Assembly: GCA_964187785.1 (NCBI GenBank)
Contig: OZ076409.1
Span: 8,124,001-8,188,000, forward strand
Length of the DNA stretch: 64,000 nucleotides
Origin: Amphiscolops sp. MND2022
Lineage: Eukaryota
Direction: 5' to 3'
The position numbers and the translations under genes are program-made. The notes under the pieces are model-generated. The model ran no database searches, was not told the origin of the DNA, and saw only the letters and a program-made list of their open reading frames with translations. Shown here one piece after another: positions 12,731 to 26,200 of this stretch; positions within the stretch are counted from its first letter, which is position 1, and every line of letters starts with the position of its first letter.

Positions 12731-13202
12731 TTAGACGTTGTTTTTCCATTCAGAACGCATTCTATTGGATACATTTCGTACTAAACGTTTGGGCTTGATG
12801 GTAGTATGTTCTGTTTGGGTAGTGGCGTCTCGTTGGGTTGAATAAGTGTCAGGATGTTTATGAAAATGGAGATATTGGTCGAAATTTATTCTTGTTATTT
12901 GGAATATTTGGAACATATTAAGCAATATCATCCTTGTAAGATGTGGGTCTGCCTTTTTGTCTGTTCTAAGCTGCGCATTTAATGTCGTTAAATGCTTTTT
13001 CAGGATCAAGGATCGCAATCGAGCTGAAGAGATTGAAAGAAAAGGAGCTATCGGGCAGTCTATGTCGCCAGAATGAATAGTTGTCATATTGAAGAATGAG
13101 AAAATTTCGTTGAAAGCTGTAGAAGATACTTTGGAATTCTTCTTGAATGGGTGGCCTGAGAGGAGGAAGGAATGCTGAAGAAGCAGTTGTGGCGATATTC
13201 AC
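12731..13202 (-). pseudogene. Accessory ORF B of giant element (overlapping 78-aa and 118-aa frames), unknown function
   Basis: Sense-strand frames beginning at a candidate splice acceptor (ctattttAG near 13203); probably frameshifted. Confidence 0.35.
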
Positions 13203-13607
13203 CTAAAATAGATTAGTTTGTTTACAAAAAAGTTCCTTTGAAAATAGAATTTCGTAGTTGACATTTTTTTATTGAATTTTGTGATGTTATAACTTTTTAA
13301 TTTTCAGATTTAAAATTTTGTATTTTGGAAGTTTTTTGAAGGGTATTTAAATATCTTTCATATAAGTACTTATTATGTAATCGGTCCATTAAAAAGAGGA
13401 GCAATTGAGGAATTTTGTTGAAAATTTTTATGTCGTGATTGAAATTTTTTATGTTATTTTATTTTAAAAGTGTATTTTAACATCAAGCATGTATTATAAT
13501 CGTGCATAGCAGGCATATGCGTGTAGACTCAATTACTTTTGACAGGTTGTTAAGAGATTAAGTGATAAGTGTTAACAATTTTAAAGTGATTTTTCCATAA
13601 TTACCAG

Positions 13608-14897
13608 TTAAGATCGATGCATTTTTTCAATAGTGTAGTTGAATTCGTCTAGAGATGTGCGAATGCACAAAGCTGATTGGCTAATTCTTGTCGTATCAAA
13701 TACGATATTTTGTATTATGCTTCGAGCTTGTTCAAGGGTATTAACGATTTCAGCGATTGTTATAAGAATATCTCGGTTCGGATGATGATACGGTTTTATG
13801 ATATTCAGGATATCTGTATAGTTCTGTAATTCATGTTGGGCGAAAACTTTGTGGTTGAGGAATATCATTTTTGGTTTTCTTAGGCGATTCTTGTTTTGCC
13901 TTTTTATATTCTTTGTGATTTCCATTTGTAAGAAGTGAAAGCAGATGAGAAATAATGAAAATTAATTCATTATTTGAATATCCCTTTTTGGTCATTGCGT
14001 GAAAACAAGATTTTTCACAGTCTCCCAAAGGTTGAGAGGCTATATGTTGAAGTGGAGGAAGAGGATCAGATATATGTTGAGGTATATCTTCTTGTAGTAA
14101 CGAATCGTCGTTCAGAATGAGGTATTCTTGTGGTACAATGATTGGTCTTTTTGGGTTATCATTTGGAAGGAAGAGAAAACTTTGTTTCAGCGGGTCATAA
14201 TTTCTAAGTTTTCCTTTTGTTTTGGTATGATCTATTAAATATTCTGAGTTGAAAGTGAATGGCGTTGTATATTTGGAGTTGAAGAATATAGAATTATCGG
14301 GCTCTTTATATTGAAGAAACTTTTGATAAGTCATGTGGTGGGCCTTTTTGATTTGGTATGGCAAAAATTTTGCATCATTTTCTTCGGTTCGAAGATCATA
14401 TGGAGATGGTCTGGGGAAGTTGTTTGGAGTGAGAAAATTTTCACTTTATTGTTTAACTACCAATCATATGGGGTAATCAATTTTGAAGCAATTGATGTAT
14501 GATAATCATTTTCAAATTCTCTGATGATGAATTTGTATTTTGTTGGAATCATGTATAACGAAGTTAACTGAGATTGAAAGGTGAAGTGTTTTGACAAGAG
14601 AATAGGAACTAATTCACAATCTCTATCTTCATCTTGTTTAATTGGTTTTATGAAAGGAGGGCAAGCGCCAGATTCCATAAAAGGTTTATCTGCAGTTATA
14701 TCTGGGTACTTTCTTTTTTGAGATCTTGTGTTAACATGATCTACTTGTTCAATAGGAATATTTTCTACAGGGTCTTGAGAGTTGGAGGAAGAGTTATTAT
14801 CTTCGTTAACATTTTGTTGAATAGTTATATTCAAAGGGGATGCAAGCAATTCAGAGGGATTAGAGTTAACTACATCAATTTCGGGCAAGGATTCCAT
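13608..14897 (-). pseudogene. Accessory ORF A of giant element (~430 codons; one stop and two frameshifts), unknown function
   Basis: Three collinear sense ORFs (14457-14897, 13831-14364, 13608-13925) with similar composition that join by frameshift. Confidence 0.5.
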
Positions 14898-15339
14898 TAT
14901 TTAAACTTGCGTGTTTTTGTAGAGCTAAAATAATGATTATAACGTTTGATTACATTGTTTCTAATAATAAGGAAAAATTTTGTTATGTCTTTTCTATCCA
15001 TTAAATTGTTTGTTAAAATTAAAGTTTAAATTGTACTTACAATATGGGAATACTGAGTCAATGATGGGTTGAAAACATCAACAATCACAGTGGCATCTAT
15101 TCCAGGAATAGAAACTTCTGTGATTTCGGTCTTTTAGATGGACTGAAAATCCAGTTGAAGTCTTCTGGTTGAGAGTTGAGTTGTGGTGGGCAAGTGAATT
15201 TTTTTTTTGAGTTGAAAAAGAGAGACCGGTCCGAATGAGAATTTGGGTGTGAATGAAAGTTAAAACTGAGAAGAATTTAGTTGATAATTTTTTGAACTTT
15301 TTCTGAGATTAATTTGTTTTTTAAGTTATTGCTTTTCAG

Positions 15340-17916
15340 CTAGGAGGGATTGAATTTTATAAAGACTTTAGCAGGACTTTCCGGTACAGCTATTACATTT
15401 GACATTATTGGATCATAGTCCTGAGAATTAATATCGTTTACATTAGTTGGGTGTGTCTTTTGCGGTGATTGAATTGTTGAATTCTTACTGGAATATTTAG
15501 GAGGTAAATAAGGGGAGTCAGTATCAGAGTGTCTTCGTTTATTGTTCAATTCTTTTTCCGGCAATAGGATATTATCATTTTCACTTGTTGTAATTTTGTG
15601 TTTAGTATATATCCGTTTTCGTTTTCCTGTATTGTTTAAATCGGTTACCATTTCCGATGTAACTATATTAAAAAATCCATGGGCTATTGAACTCAAAATG
15701 GAAATGTTGCTTTGGAGAGTATATTTTATGCTAATTGTTCTGTAGAATTTGAGTAAAAATGTTAAAACTTCTCTAATGAAAAGAAATGTTGAAAAATAAA
15801 TTCCACATTGTGTTAAAACATAACATGGATATCCAAAGAAATTAATGAATGCTTGACTGAATCAGTCAGGGTTAAAAAGTGGTAAAAGGTTTAACAAGTG
15901 GTCATGTACTCCAATCCTTAAATGATTATAGGGATTATGTCCTGAGTATGAGTGTTTATCATAATGCATTGAGATGAAATCATAGCTTAATGATTTTCCA
16001 AGTAATTGAAGTGTTGTGTCTGAATGTTTAGCAAATAATACTCTATTCCAGAGTTGATGTAATTCTGCATTTGAGTATATACCGGCATCTTGGGCGGTAA
16101 ATGTATTAGGAGTGATTGTTGTTTTAGTTTGGGTAGGTTTAAACATTTGTGGTGCTTCTCGTTTGAGTGGTTCTGGTGTTAACACATAAAAATCTCCGTC
16201 GTTGGAATCTGGATCTAATTCTATTATATTTTGTGGATTATTTCCACATTCAATTGGTGTTGCATAGTTAAAAGTTTGTCTTGTTATTGGGTCATTATAC
16301 ATTATCGTTTCTCGGTAGTGTATAGGAATTCTATCAAAGCATTTGCCTGCCTTGTATAGTGTTGATATAAAATGAGGGCAATCATACAGCCATGCTGTAG
16401 ATCCTTCGACGTAGAGAAAGTTACTACGATTTCCAGTTAAAAGAAAACCGGCTAATCGAGGATTTTTAACTGACATAGCTAAGATTGTTAATAGTTGAGT
16501 TCTTTCCAGTTCACATATTGTATGAAAAGTGTTTAGTTCTTGTACTGTCATGGATTTAAATACATGATTTATTGTGAAATCAATCTTTGTATCAATGTGG
16601 GCATCATAATCTAAAGTGGCGAAATTGTTTGATATATTCAATGCAGGGAATATATACCTTTTGTTTGAATCATCATATTTTATATTTCCACTAATTGTTT
16701 GGTCAATTATTGAGTGTGGTTTTGGTAATCCTGTGTTCATATCAAAACCATCTAAGTATGTAACAAAGATGTCATCATATTGTGTTGAAAAAAAAGGTTC
16801 AGGTTTTCCACAGAAGGTTTGTGCAATTGGGTATATTTCAAATCGAGAAAGGCTTGGATTGCTTACTTTTGATTGTGGTGTTTTTACATTAGGATATCTT
16901 GTTCCTTGTATTCCTTCTGTTTGAAGTTTTTGTGTGATGTTTGAAGTTTCAATGAAGGTATCGGTTTCTATCCAGTATCTATCTTTGATTCGTGTCATTC
17001 TACCAATGAATTCTTGAAGTTGAAATATGAGGCAAAATTTTTCATCAAACCATGTTAATGTATATGGAGTTTTGGTCGTTGGTTTACAAAATCCGTCTGA
17101 ATGATAACATGGTAATATGTGTCCGTCATGTATTAATTGATTGTTTTTATCGTCATAATCTATTGCGGTGTTAACAATTCTAAATTTCCAACTTTGTCTG
17201 GTAATTAAAAGTTCTCGGTCTGATCGACATCTGGAGTATGTATTTTGTGTAACATTAACTATCCAGTCAGGATAATTTTCATCAAATACGAAGGTTCCAA
17301 TATGCCATGTATTTAATTTTTTTACTCTGAATGGTGTCTGAATTCGTTCAATTGTGTTTTGATAATTACTATCGTCGAACAAAGAGAAAGAGCTTTGTTT
17401 ATTGTAGTTGTTTAGTTCTTCGCTATCAGTCGCGTTTAAATATCTGATCATATTTTTGCATTCAAAAGGGTCCAGTATTTTTGGAAGTTCTAATGTGTTT
17501 TGTCCCCATTGTAAACGATCATATCGTCTACTAGATGTGAATGTTCGTGAACACCAGACTTTCTCAGTCTTTATATATGCTTCGCATTTAAAGGCTTTTA
17601 TTCTTTTAGCTTTTGCTCTAACATAAACTGTTGTTTGGGTTTTTGTGTGTTGTATATCTGAGGGTGCTTGTTTACATGGTTCTACATTAAATAAACTGAA
17701 TTGTCTTAAGTTGTTTTGTGTTGCACAATCATAATGGGATACCATCAAGTTTAAAATGTTAGGGTCTTGGTCTGAAATATGATTTTCGGAATTGGTGGTG
17801 TCAACTTTTGGAACAGTTGAAGGGTGAACTAAAGAGTGAACTATATGTATTATATATGTGTATTTAACAACTTGTATTATATATATTAAGTAAAAGGTAA
17901 AGGTGATTTGGTTCAT
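15340..17916 (-). CDS. env: env-like class III (gB/chuvirus-glycoprotein-like) fusion glycoprotein, ~858 codons, one premature TGA at 15862-15864 just before the TM segment
   Basis: Hydrophobic N-terminal signal-like segment; HYDC...EPC...FKC...WC; ICELERTQLLTILA...NP.LAG.LL...EG..AWLYDC...CFDRIPI...DPITRQ...IEC; N-glycosylation sequons; the same frame continues past the TGA into FINFFGYPCYVLTQCGIYFSTFLF and a cytoplasmic tail. Confidence 0.8.
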
Positions 17917-17918
17917 GG

Positions 17919-19380
17919 TTAAAATATTGATCTATAATTGAGTCCGGAGTAGGGATTTAAAAAGTTTATATGTCCTGTTCTAATCTCAGGTAAATCTGCG
18001 TCACAAAGGTAAGAAATGGATGTGACTATGAATGGTGATGGGGTTGTTTTGTGTGCTACTCTTGTTGAAAGAGAGAATGGATGAGGTCCTAACGAGTTGA
18101 ATGTGACTTCTACTTCAAATTTTAATGAGAGTTGTTGTTCTTGTAATCTTCGAAGTTCTCTTTGTTTTCTTTGAGTTGAGAGTGAACTGTTGTTTATAAA
18201 TCTTGCAGGTAATACCGTGTATCGAGGATCTTCGTTAAGCGTGCGAACAATTTTTGAGTTAACACGAATAGGATATTCGTGAGGATTTGGCGATGGAGGT
18301 CTTGAGAAATCTTCTAAAAAATATTCAGGTAATTGTATGGAAGAGTTTGATGCTATTGAACTAGGTGAGTAAACTCGTGAAAAATTAGCTGCGCTATCTG
18401 ATATAGTTACTGGCTCTTCAGAAAGAAGAGAGGCTGTTTCAAATCCTGATGTGATTTGAAATGGTAGTGATAGAGAAGATGGTATAGTGGGTTGAGATGA
18501 GGAAAGAGAAGAAGTGTCCAATCTGGGTTGGGCGTGCTGTCGAAGTAGTCTTGAGTTTGTACTTGAACTAGTTAAAGATTGTAATTCTTGAGAATTTCTT
18601 TGTTGTTGAGATCGAAGGTTATAATTATGTCTTGGTACTCTAGTACTAGCAGTTGAGTCAGAATCTTTATCTTTATGATATAAATCTGTTAATGAAGAGG
18701 TGGTTGTTGAATGTACACGTTGTATATTATGCTTGGGATATATTTGAGAAAATGTGAATGAACTTAGTTCAGATGGTGAAGGAGTTGGGTGTTGTTGTGT
18801 TTTCTTCGTTGGTGATTTCAATGAAGGTTCTGGTAAAAATGTTATTGGAATATTACTTGATGATGGTAAATCAAGATTTTGTGGTAATGAAGGTAAAGGA
18901 GTTTTTCTTTTTGTTTTCGTTGCGGTTGGTACTTTGTGTGGACAAGAATTTATGTATTGTAGGACTGAGCTAAGATCAGGGATATGAATAGAACGAGTGG
19001 TCGTAATCGGTGGAAGAGGAGGTCTATTTAAAATATTTTAAGTATCTTGTGTATTTGGTATTGTAGGTGTTTCATCATTAGAGTCAGAAAGTGGTGAATT
19101 TGTTTCTACAAATGTTAGATTTCGTGAAATAGGATGTGATTGAGTTGTTAATATTAATGTTTGAGTTTGGGTTATAGGTGTATTGGTGGGTGTTGTTGGT
19201 ACTCTATCAGGAGTATATGGAGCGGATGGACTGGGATTTGAGGATGAGGAATCCAGTATGTCTGTATCTGAGTTTAAATATGCTGTATATTCAGGTAATC
19301 TTTGGAGTGAATGTGTTGAACTAGAAGAAGAGTTATTTGTGGTTGATGATGGCGAGTGAATATGTCTATCAATTTTGAAA
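17919..19380 (-). pseudogene. Ser/Thr/Pro-rich ORF between pol and env (open 17919-18821; upstream part interrupted)
   Basis: Long low-complexity sense reading frame; its TAA lies 2 nt before the env ATG (TAAccATG); upstream part encodes PSAPY. Confidence 0.55.
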
Positions 19381-19550
19381 CCTTTGTGTTAAGGTAGTTT
19401 GTTTCAATTTATAAAGTTTTTATAGTTTCATATCGATTTCTTTCGTTTATTATCACTTGTGAAATATTTTTCATTCAGTTTCACAGTAAGCTTCAAACTT
19501 TTGCTTTTCTTTCAAATTTTCTTTATGTGCCTTTTTCTGTATTCCGTATT

Positions 19551-22500
19551 TCAGCAGAATTTTTGAGAAAGTGAAATTATATCGTTTTGACCAAGGAAAA
19601 GTCGGTAGTCTTTTCTTGGTTGTGGGCGGAAATGGTATCTATTATAGGAGTGTCTTCGGAGATTAATAAAATTATCATAGTCATGAATATCTGATTGGTT
19701 ATCCAGGTAGGTATTTTGAGGAATTTGTTCTTTTTGTTTATATGGAAATGAAGAATATTGGCTAAATGATTCTGGTTGTAAGTCAATCGTGAATGGTATA
19801 TCCGTTTCTTTATTAGATGTTGTGGAAGGAAATTGTTCTTCGTCTGTAAATTTGTCTTCATCAGAGTTAATTATTTGATCGTTTATATTTGAATGACAGT
19901 CATTAAATAAATGAGGGTTATATTGTTGTAGGAAAGGAAAAATAACTGGTTCTTTTGGATGATAAGGAATTAAATCATTTCTATGTATGTGCGATGTATA
20001 ACCATCTTGATTAACAATTTCATATGTTATGTCGGAGATTTTGTTATTAATTTTGAATGGGCCAATTCTGAGAGGTTTTAATTTATCGGAAAAATGAACA
20101 TGGAGAAAATTTCTTTTTAGTACAAATGTACCAATATCTAAGGGTCTTGGATTGTGATATGTTTTGTTAAAATAAGCATAGGAATTAATCTTTCTTTTTG
20201 TGTTGTCATATACCGTATGGTATATCTGTATCATAGCAGTTTCAGTAGCTAAGATCCATTGTGGAATTGGTTTAGATAAAATTTTATGAAAAAAAGGGTT
20301 TAGATTTGATTTGTCATAGTGTGTATGAAGTGGTAATTCTTGACAATATTGAGAAGTACAATTTCTATATGTATCTCTTTGGAGATTGAGTTCAAAGTTG
20401 ATTGGAATTCTGGGTATAGTATGGAATACTGTTTCATATGGAGATAAGTTTAATTCAGAAAGTGGTTGTGAATTATGAGCATAAGCATACATATGAACTT
20501 GAGTTGACCAATTTTCTGGAGTGTTATGTAAGAAAAGTCTGAGATGAGTTCCAAGATTTCTGTTTTGATTTTCAACTAAACCATTTGTCCATGGTGCATA
20601 AGGAGTTCTTGGTGAATGTCTAATTCCCATTGTGGTACAAAGATTTGCAAATTCTGAATTAATGTATTCTGTTCCACGGTCGGTAACTAGATATACAGGA
20701 GGTCCATATTTTGTTATCCAGTGATGTAGTAATGAGTTAACAGCGTTTTGAGCATTATTTTGTTTTATAGGTACTGTTACCACAAAATGACTGAATGCGT
20801 CTATTATAACATGAATGTATGAATTTTGATTTGATGGTGGGTTTATAGGTCCTTTTGTATCCATTGATATTCGGTAATTAAAATATGAAGCATTTTCTGA
20901 GAAGGTTTGTATAGATGCAGTTTGTAATTTTTGGTTAATATGTTTCTTTTGTTGGCATTCAATGCAATCATGGATGAATATTGACATCCATTTATTCAAG
21001 TACGGTATGAAGTAAAATTGGTTGAAAGCCTTGATGGATATCTTTATTCCTGAATGTCCATGAGCATGAAGTTTGTTAAAAGCTGCGTGGAAAAGTTTAA
21101 ATGGTAGACATATTTTGTCTCTTTGATTCGGGTTGGAATCGTGAAGATTAGGATAACCTATGTGGATAATTTTTGTATCATGATTAATATATAATTGGTT
21201 GAAGATTTTGTAAAATACTAATAAGAAAGAGTTAGCTGCAATTGTTGGGTCTATTTGTAAGGGTCTTTCATTATTAAGTATCCATTGGTAAACCTTTCGT
21301 AAAACAGTATCTTGGTTTCGTTGAGCTTTTATTGTTTCAATGGTTATTTGTGTATCTTCTGGTAGGAAGAAGTAATTAAAATATTTTTTGTATTTGAAAA
21401 AGGATGGATCAAAAAATGGAACTTGTTGTTTACAATAGTCGGATTTGGTAGGATATTGTATAGCAAGGGTGTGTTCCTTTACTATGTCTGAGTTTTCTTG
21501 TTGGATATTATTTGATTGTGTTATTTCATCTTCATCACTAAGAATGTCAGTATCATTAAGAATTGTCGATTGTTGTAAAAAAGATTTTGCTTGGTTTTTT
21601 GTAGGCTTTTTATTTTTTGATTCGAATGGAACAATAGATTGAAAAGAGAAGGAATCTAAAGGTTTTATGTGTATTTCTTCTTCTTTGTTATTTATACGGA
21701 TAGAGAATTGGTCGTCTCCGTAGTCAGCAAGGATAGGGTGACAATCATTCTTTTGATTATATTTTATTTCTTCATGTTTTACTAAATAATGTACTGGTTT
21801 GAGTTGATTATTTTTCATGATAGAGAAATCTATTTGAGGTGGTAATTGTTTGTGTCGTAATTGGTGTACTTGTAACTGTTCTTTTGTAAAGGTTCGTGAA
21901 AGCATATCTGCTACAGTTAAATTTTTTCCAGGGGTATGAATGATTTTTAGTTTGAGAATTTGGTTAGTTGCATTTGTGCTCTATAGAATCTAGGACTAAG
22001 ATTTCCTTTCTTTGCGAAACATTGTAGTAAAGGCTTGTGATCTGTGAAGAGGTATATAGGATGAGGAGATCCAATGATCAAAAATTCATATATTTGCAGT
22101 GCGTAAACTATTGCAAGAACTTCTCTATCTAAAGTTGAAAGTTTTTGTTCTTGTGTGTTAAGAATTCTGGAGTTATAAGAGATTACTTTCATCTTATTTT
22201 CTTCGTTCATTTGGAATAAGACTGCGCCTAAACCTACTAACGAAGCATCTACTGTTATGAAAAATGGATGCGTGGTGTTGGGTATTGTTAATTCAGTGTT
22301 TGCTGTCATTGTATTTTTGACATTTTGAAATATTTTTCTAATTCAGGTGTCCATTGAAATTTAACATCATCATGTAGTAATGTATACAATGGTTTAAGGT
22401 TTAGATGAAGTTTTTCAATGAATTTTGAATAAAAGTTAACACTGCCAAGAAATTGCATAACATCTTTCTTTTTTTGGTGATGGAATTCTTTTAATAGCTT

Positions 22501-23281
22501 CAATTTTGGATGGAATTGGTTTAATTGTGTTGTTACCAATTTCATGTCCAAGGAATTTTACTTTGAGTAACATGTAGAACGATTTTTCAGGTGCAAGTTT
22601 GAGATTTTCTCGAGATGCTATTGTATGTGATTCTTTTATAAGTTCAAACATTTCGTGTTTTTCGTTTGCGAGTAATAAAATATCATCGAAATAAACTAAC
22701 GCAGAACGTTTCTCTATAAGCGATCTAAAGAAAGTTGACATTTGTTTTCTAAAAAAAGTTTGGAAGTTCTTTTAATCCATAAAATCCACGGATAAAGGCG
22801 TATAATTTGTCACCGGATGAAAAGCCTGTAAGTTTAATTGTTTCTTCGTCTAATGGTGTATGAGCATATGCATACATTAGATCAATAGTTGATTTGTATT
22901 TTTTATTGGCTCTAGCTAATTGAGGAGCTAAAGGTTCAATAGGCCAAGATTCAGGTTCTTGGTTAGTGTTTGAGTTTAGATGTCTTTCGTCTAAAACAAC
23001 TTTTATTGCGTCTCCTTTTGGGATAATAATTAAAGGGTTTAAAAATGTTGTTCCAATAGTATGTTTTTCATCTGTTGTTGAACCAATTTGTTTTATGATG
23101 TTGTATTTTTCAAGTTCTAATAAAAGTTTATTTAGTCTATCTCTATAATGAATAGGTACTTTAGAAGGTCTTTGTGTGTGAAGTTTACAATTATCTTTTA
23201 TTCTAATTCGAAAGGGAGTAGAAATCTTTCCTACGTCGTTCTTATGTTTGGCGTAACAATTTTGGTTATTAATCAAAATAT
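19551..23281 (-). pseudogene. pol: pol of giant element (RT-RNase H-insert-integrase), ~5 single-base frameshifts
   Basis: KYKSTIDL and YFDD RT; DASLVGLGAVL, TDHKPL and ADMLSR RNase H; H..GH..C..C zinc finger, MDTKGP, TDRGTEY, NGLVE integrase; GPF C-terminal motif. Confidence 0.92.
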
Positions 23282-26200
23282 TCAGAGGTTTACATATTCT
23301 GTATCGGTTAAATCTGAGTATTCAAAATTGAACTTCTTTATGAATTGTTGATTTTCTGTAGAATAGGGTAATGGAGGGAATTCTTTTCGAATTTTATCTG
23401 AAGGTCGAAGGTTTCCAGTAACAGAAGGTATAGGAAGTTGAAGTGTTTTGTCGTTAATTTCTATCTTGTTAATTTCTAATAGGGATTGTGGTGTTACCCT
23501 AGTACATAAATTCATATCTACATAAGGATTTTGTTTAATCGGAGTTGTGGTATCAGGGTGATACGCATGTATTACAGAGTGAATAAGTGAATTTACATCG
23601 TTAACTCTGTAGTGAGGAGGAGTTGTTTGAGTAATAGGTATTTCTATATATCCAATAATTCCTCGTGGTAATGTAGCTGGATAAGATGTAAAGTTTTGAA
23701 TTATGGTTGCACATGAGTCTTTGCTTTTTTCATTGACTATCATATCTAGGAAATGAAAGATATTTTTGAATTTTTGTAAGAAATATGTATATGGGTTTGT
23801 TGGATAGAATTTTGTATTATCTTCAAGTTCAAAATTTAGATTTGAATAGTTTTTAATTGGGAAATGTATGGTTTTTCCTGACCTTGGTTTAAAGTGAATT
23901 GGTTCCTTACATTTAATAGTATAAATGTAAGAAATATATGGGTAATCTTTTTCTGTAAATGTGGAAAATGTAGTTTTTGTTGGAAGCTTTGGATGTTGTT
24001 CTGTGTACGTCATAATGTTTTGTTGAAAATCAATATTTTGGATGTGTTTTTTGAAAAAGGGTGTTCCAAGAATGTTGTATTTGATATTTGCTACGGCAAA
24101 ATCGATATTGAAGGATCGTGTTTTGTGATTTACTTCAGTGAAACAGGTCATCGAAATATAATGTATTATTGGTACTTCAGTTTGGTTTGCAACTGTAAGA
24201 GTTTTGGCTCTTTTGTTTTGAAGGTTAGTTGGAACATTGATGTTTAATTGTTTGGAAATTACATGAAATGTTGGTAAATTCAAAACAGATATGGATGCTC
24301 CAGTATCTAAGAGGAATAAGATTTCGAATTTTGAAGGTAGTATGTTATCATTTGGTTCAGAAGCGTGAATATATAGTGGATAAAACCAACTATAAGGAGT
24401 GATTGTATTAGCTATTTCAGTTATTTGACAGGTGTGGATTTCAAATTTTGTACTATCATTTTCTTTTGCAGATTTAACGTCTACTTGATTTATTCTGTTT
24501 TGTTGTCTGTTTCTTGAGGGTGTTCTAGATCTTGATCTAAAATCTCTAGGTTTTGATGGAGATTTATATGGATAATTATATCGTTTGAAGAAGTTTCCTT
24601 GTGATTGAGAACGAGATCTGTATCTTGAGCGAGAATTATATCTGTAATTTGAGTTATTTCTGTATGGAGATCTATATGGAGATCTAGATGGAGTTTTTCT
24701 TTGATAATAATTATCAAATCGAGATCTATACGGACTTCGGGATCGATTATAATATCTTTGTCGAGAGTTTGATCTATAGTTGTTTTGCGAATATTCTCTA
24801 CTATTGCTACGATATCTATCAATGTTTCTGTATCTATCATTATAGTAATTTTGATTATATTTACTACGATCATTATCTGAGGAGTAAGGATTTGTATTGT
24901 CATTTCGATTTTCTTGAGGATTATTAGGTTTACTGCGAAAATATTGTACAAAGGATTGTTGAGGAGTTCGTGATCTTTGGTTATTGTATTTCTGGTATTC
25001 GTCATCACGTTGTTTTTGATAACAATTTGAAATACTATGATTATTTTTGTGACAATAGGAACAATATTTTCTATACGCTGGTTTGCTTTTGTTATTTGGG
25101 TCTCCAGTTTGAGTAACCATTATCTGATCTTCATGTTCAAATTCTTTTTTGTTAGTATCATCTTCAAGCGATACTTTGTTTATTTCTAGGGCTAAGTCGT
25201 TAGTTCTAATTTTTTCATTAGCAATATCTTCAGAATCGACATGTCTAACAAGTGTATAAAATGGTATTGAAGGTTCAAGTAATGTTGATACATGTTTAAC
25301 TTGTCGTTTATGGGCAAAATCTTTAAACTTCTTTGGTAACCCTTTTGTAAAGATTTCATCATTTTTGAGATTTATGGTAGCTGCATTTTCATTACACCAT
25401 CCCTTTTTAACTAATTGTTGTACTCTAAGGGCGAAGTGGCGAACTGTTTCATTGTCCTTTTTCATGAGTGACATAGCTTCTACTTGAGCGTAGTAAGCAG
25501 TTTTTCGAGATGAGAATTGTTTTTTGAATAATTGTACAAAAGAATTCCATTGTTGTTCATATGATATATGGAGGTTAGTGTACCAATCGAGAGCTGTTCC
25601 TGTTAATGAACATTGTATGTAAGCCATGCGTCTGTTATGCCAAGATTTGTAATTTATAGGATTATTTTGAGGTTCTTCACCTATGGCGAAGGTTAATCTT
25701 GCTTCGACTTGTTGTAGATATTCTTCGGGGGTGTAAGAATGGTCCAAACCATCAAAAGGTTTCATAGGTTCTGGTATTGAAGCGGACATGTTTATAAAGG
25801 TATCTTGTGGCATTGGTAAATATTGGGGTGGAGGAGCTAATTGTTGTGTGAGTGTTGGAGGTATATGTTGGATTGTATTTGATGGTAATGGGTTAGGATT
25901 AGGGTTAGGATTTGGATTTGGATGCGTTTGATACAGAGGATCAGTTGGTATATGTGTAAGTGGAGGATTATGAAGTCTTCTTTGAGAATCCTGTGTAATA
26001 TTAGAATAAGAAGTGGAAGTATACGAGGTTCCTTGATTTTGAGAATATATATTCTGGGAAGTATTGGTATTTGATAATTGTATGAAGGGGTTTTGTGTTG
26101 TTGAAATTGTTTTAATTTGAGAGTGATGTTGGTTGGTATTTGTATTGTTAGTTCTATTTGATGGAGGATAAAAGTTATGATTAAATGGATCATAATATCG

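Noticed and set aside
23276..23290. Programmed gag-pol frameshift or readthrough at the end of the 1433-aa ORF
   Set aside because: The break falls after the protease at the start of RT, has no slippery heptamer, and is best explained by a 1-bp deletion
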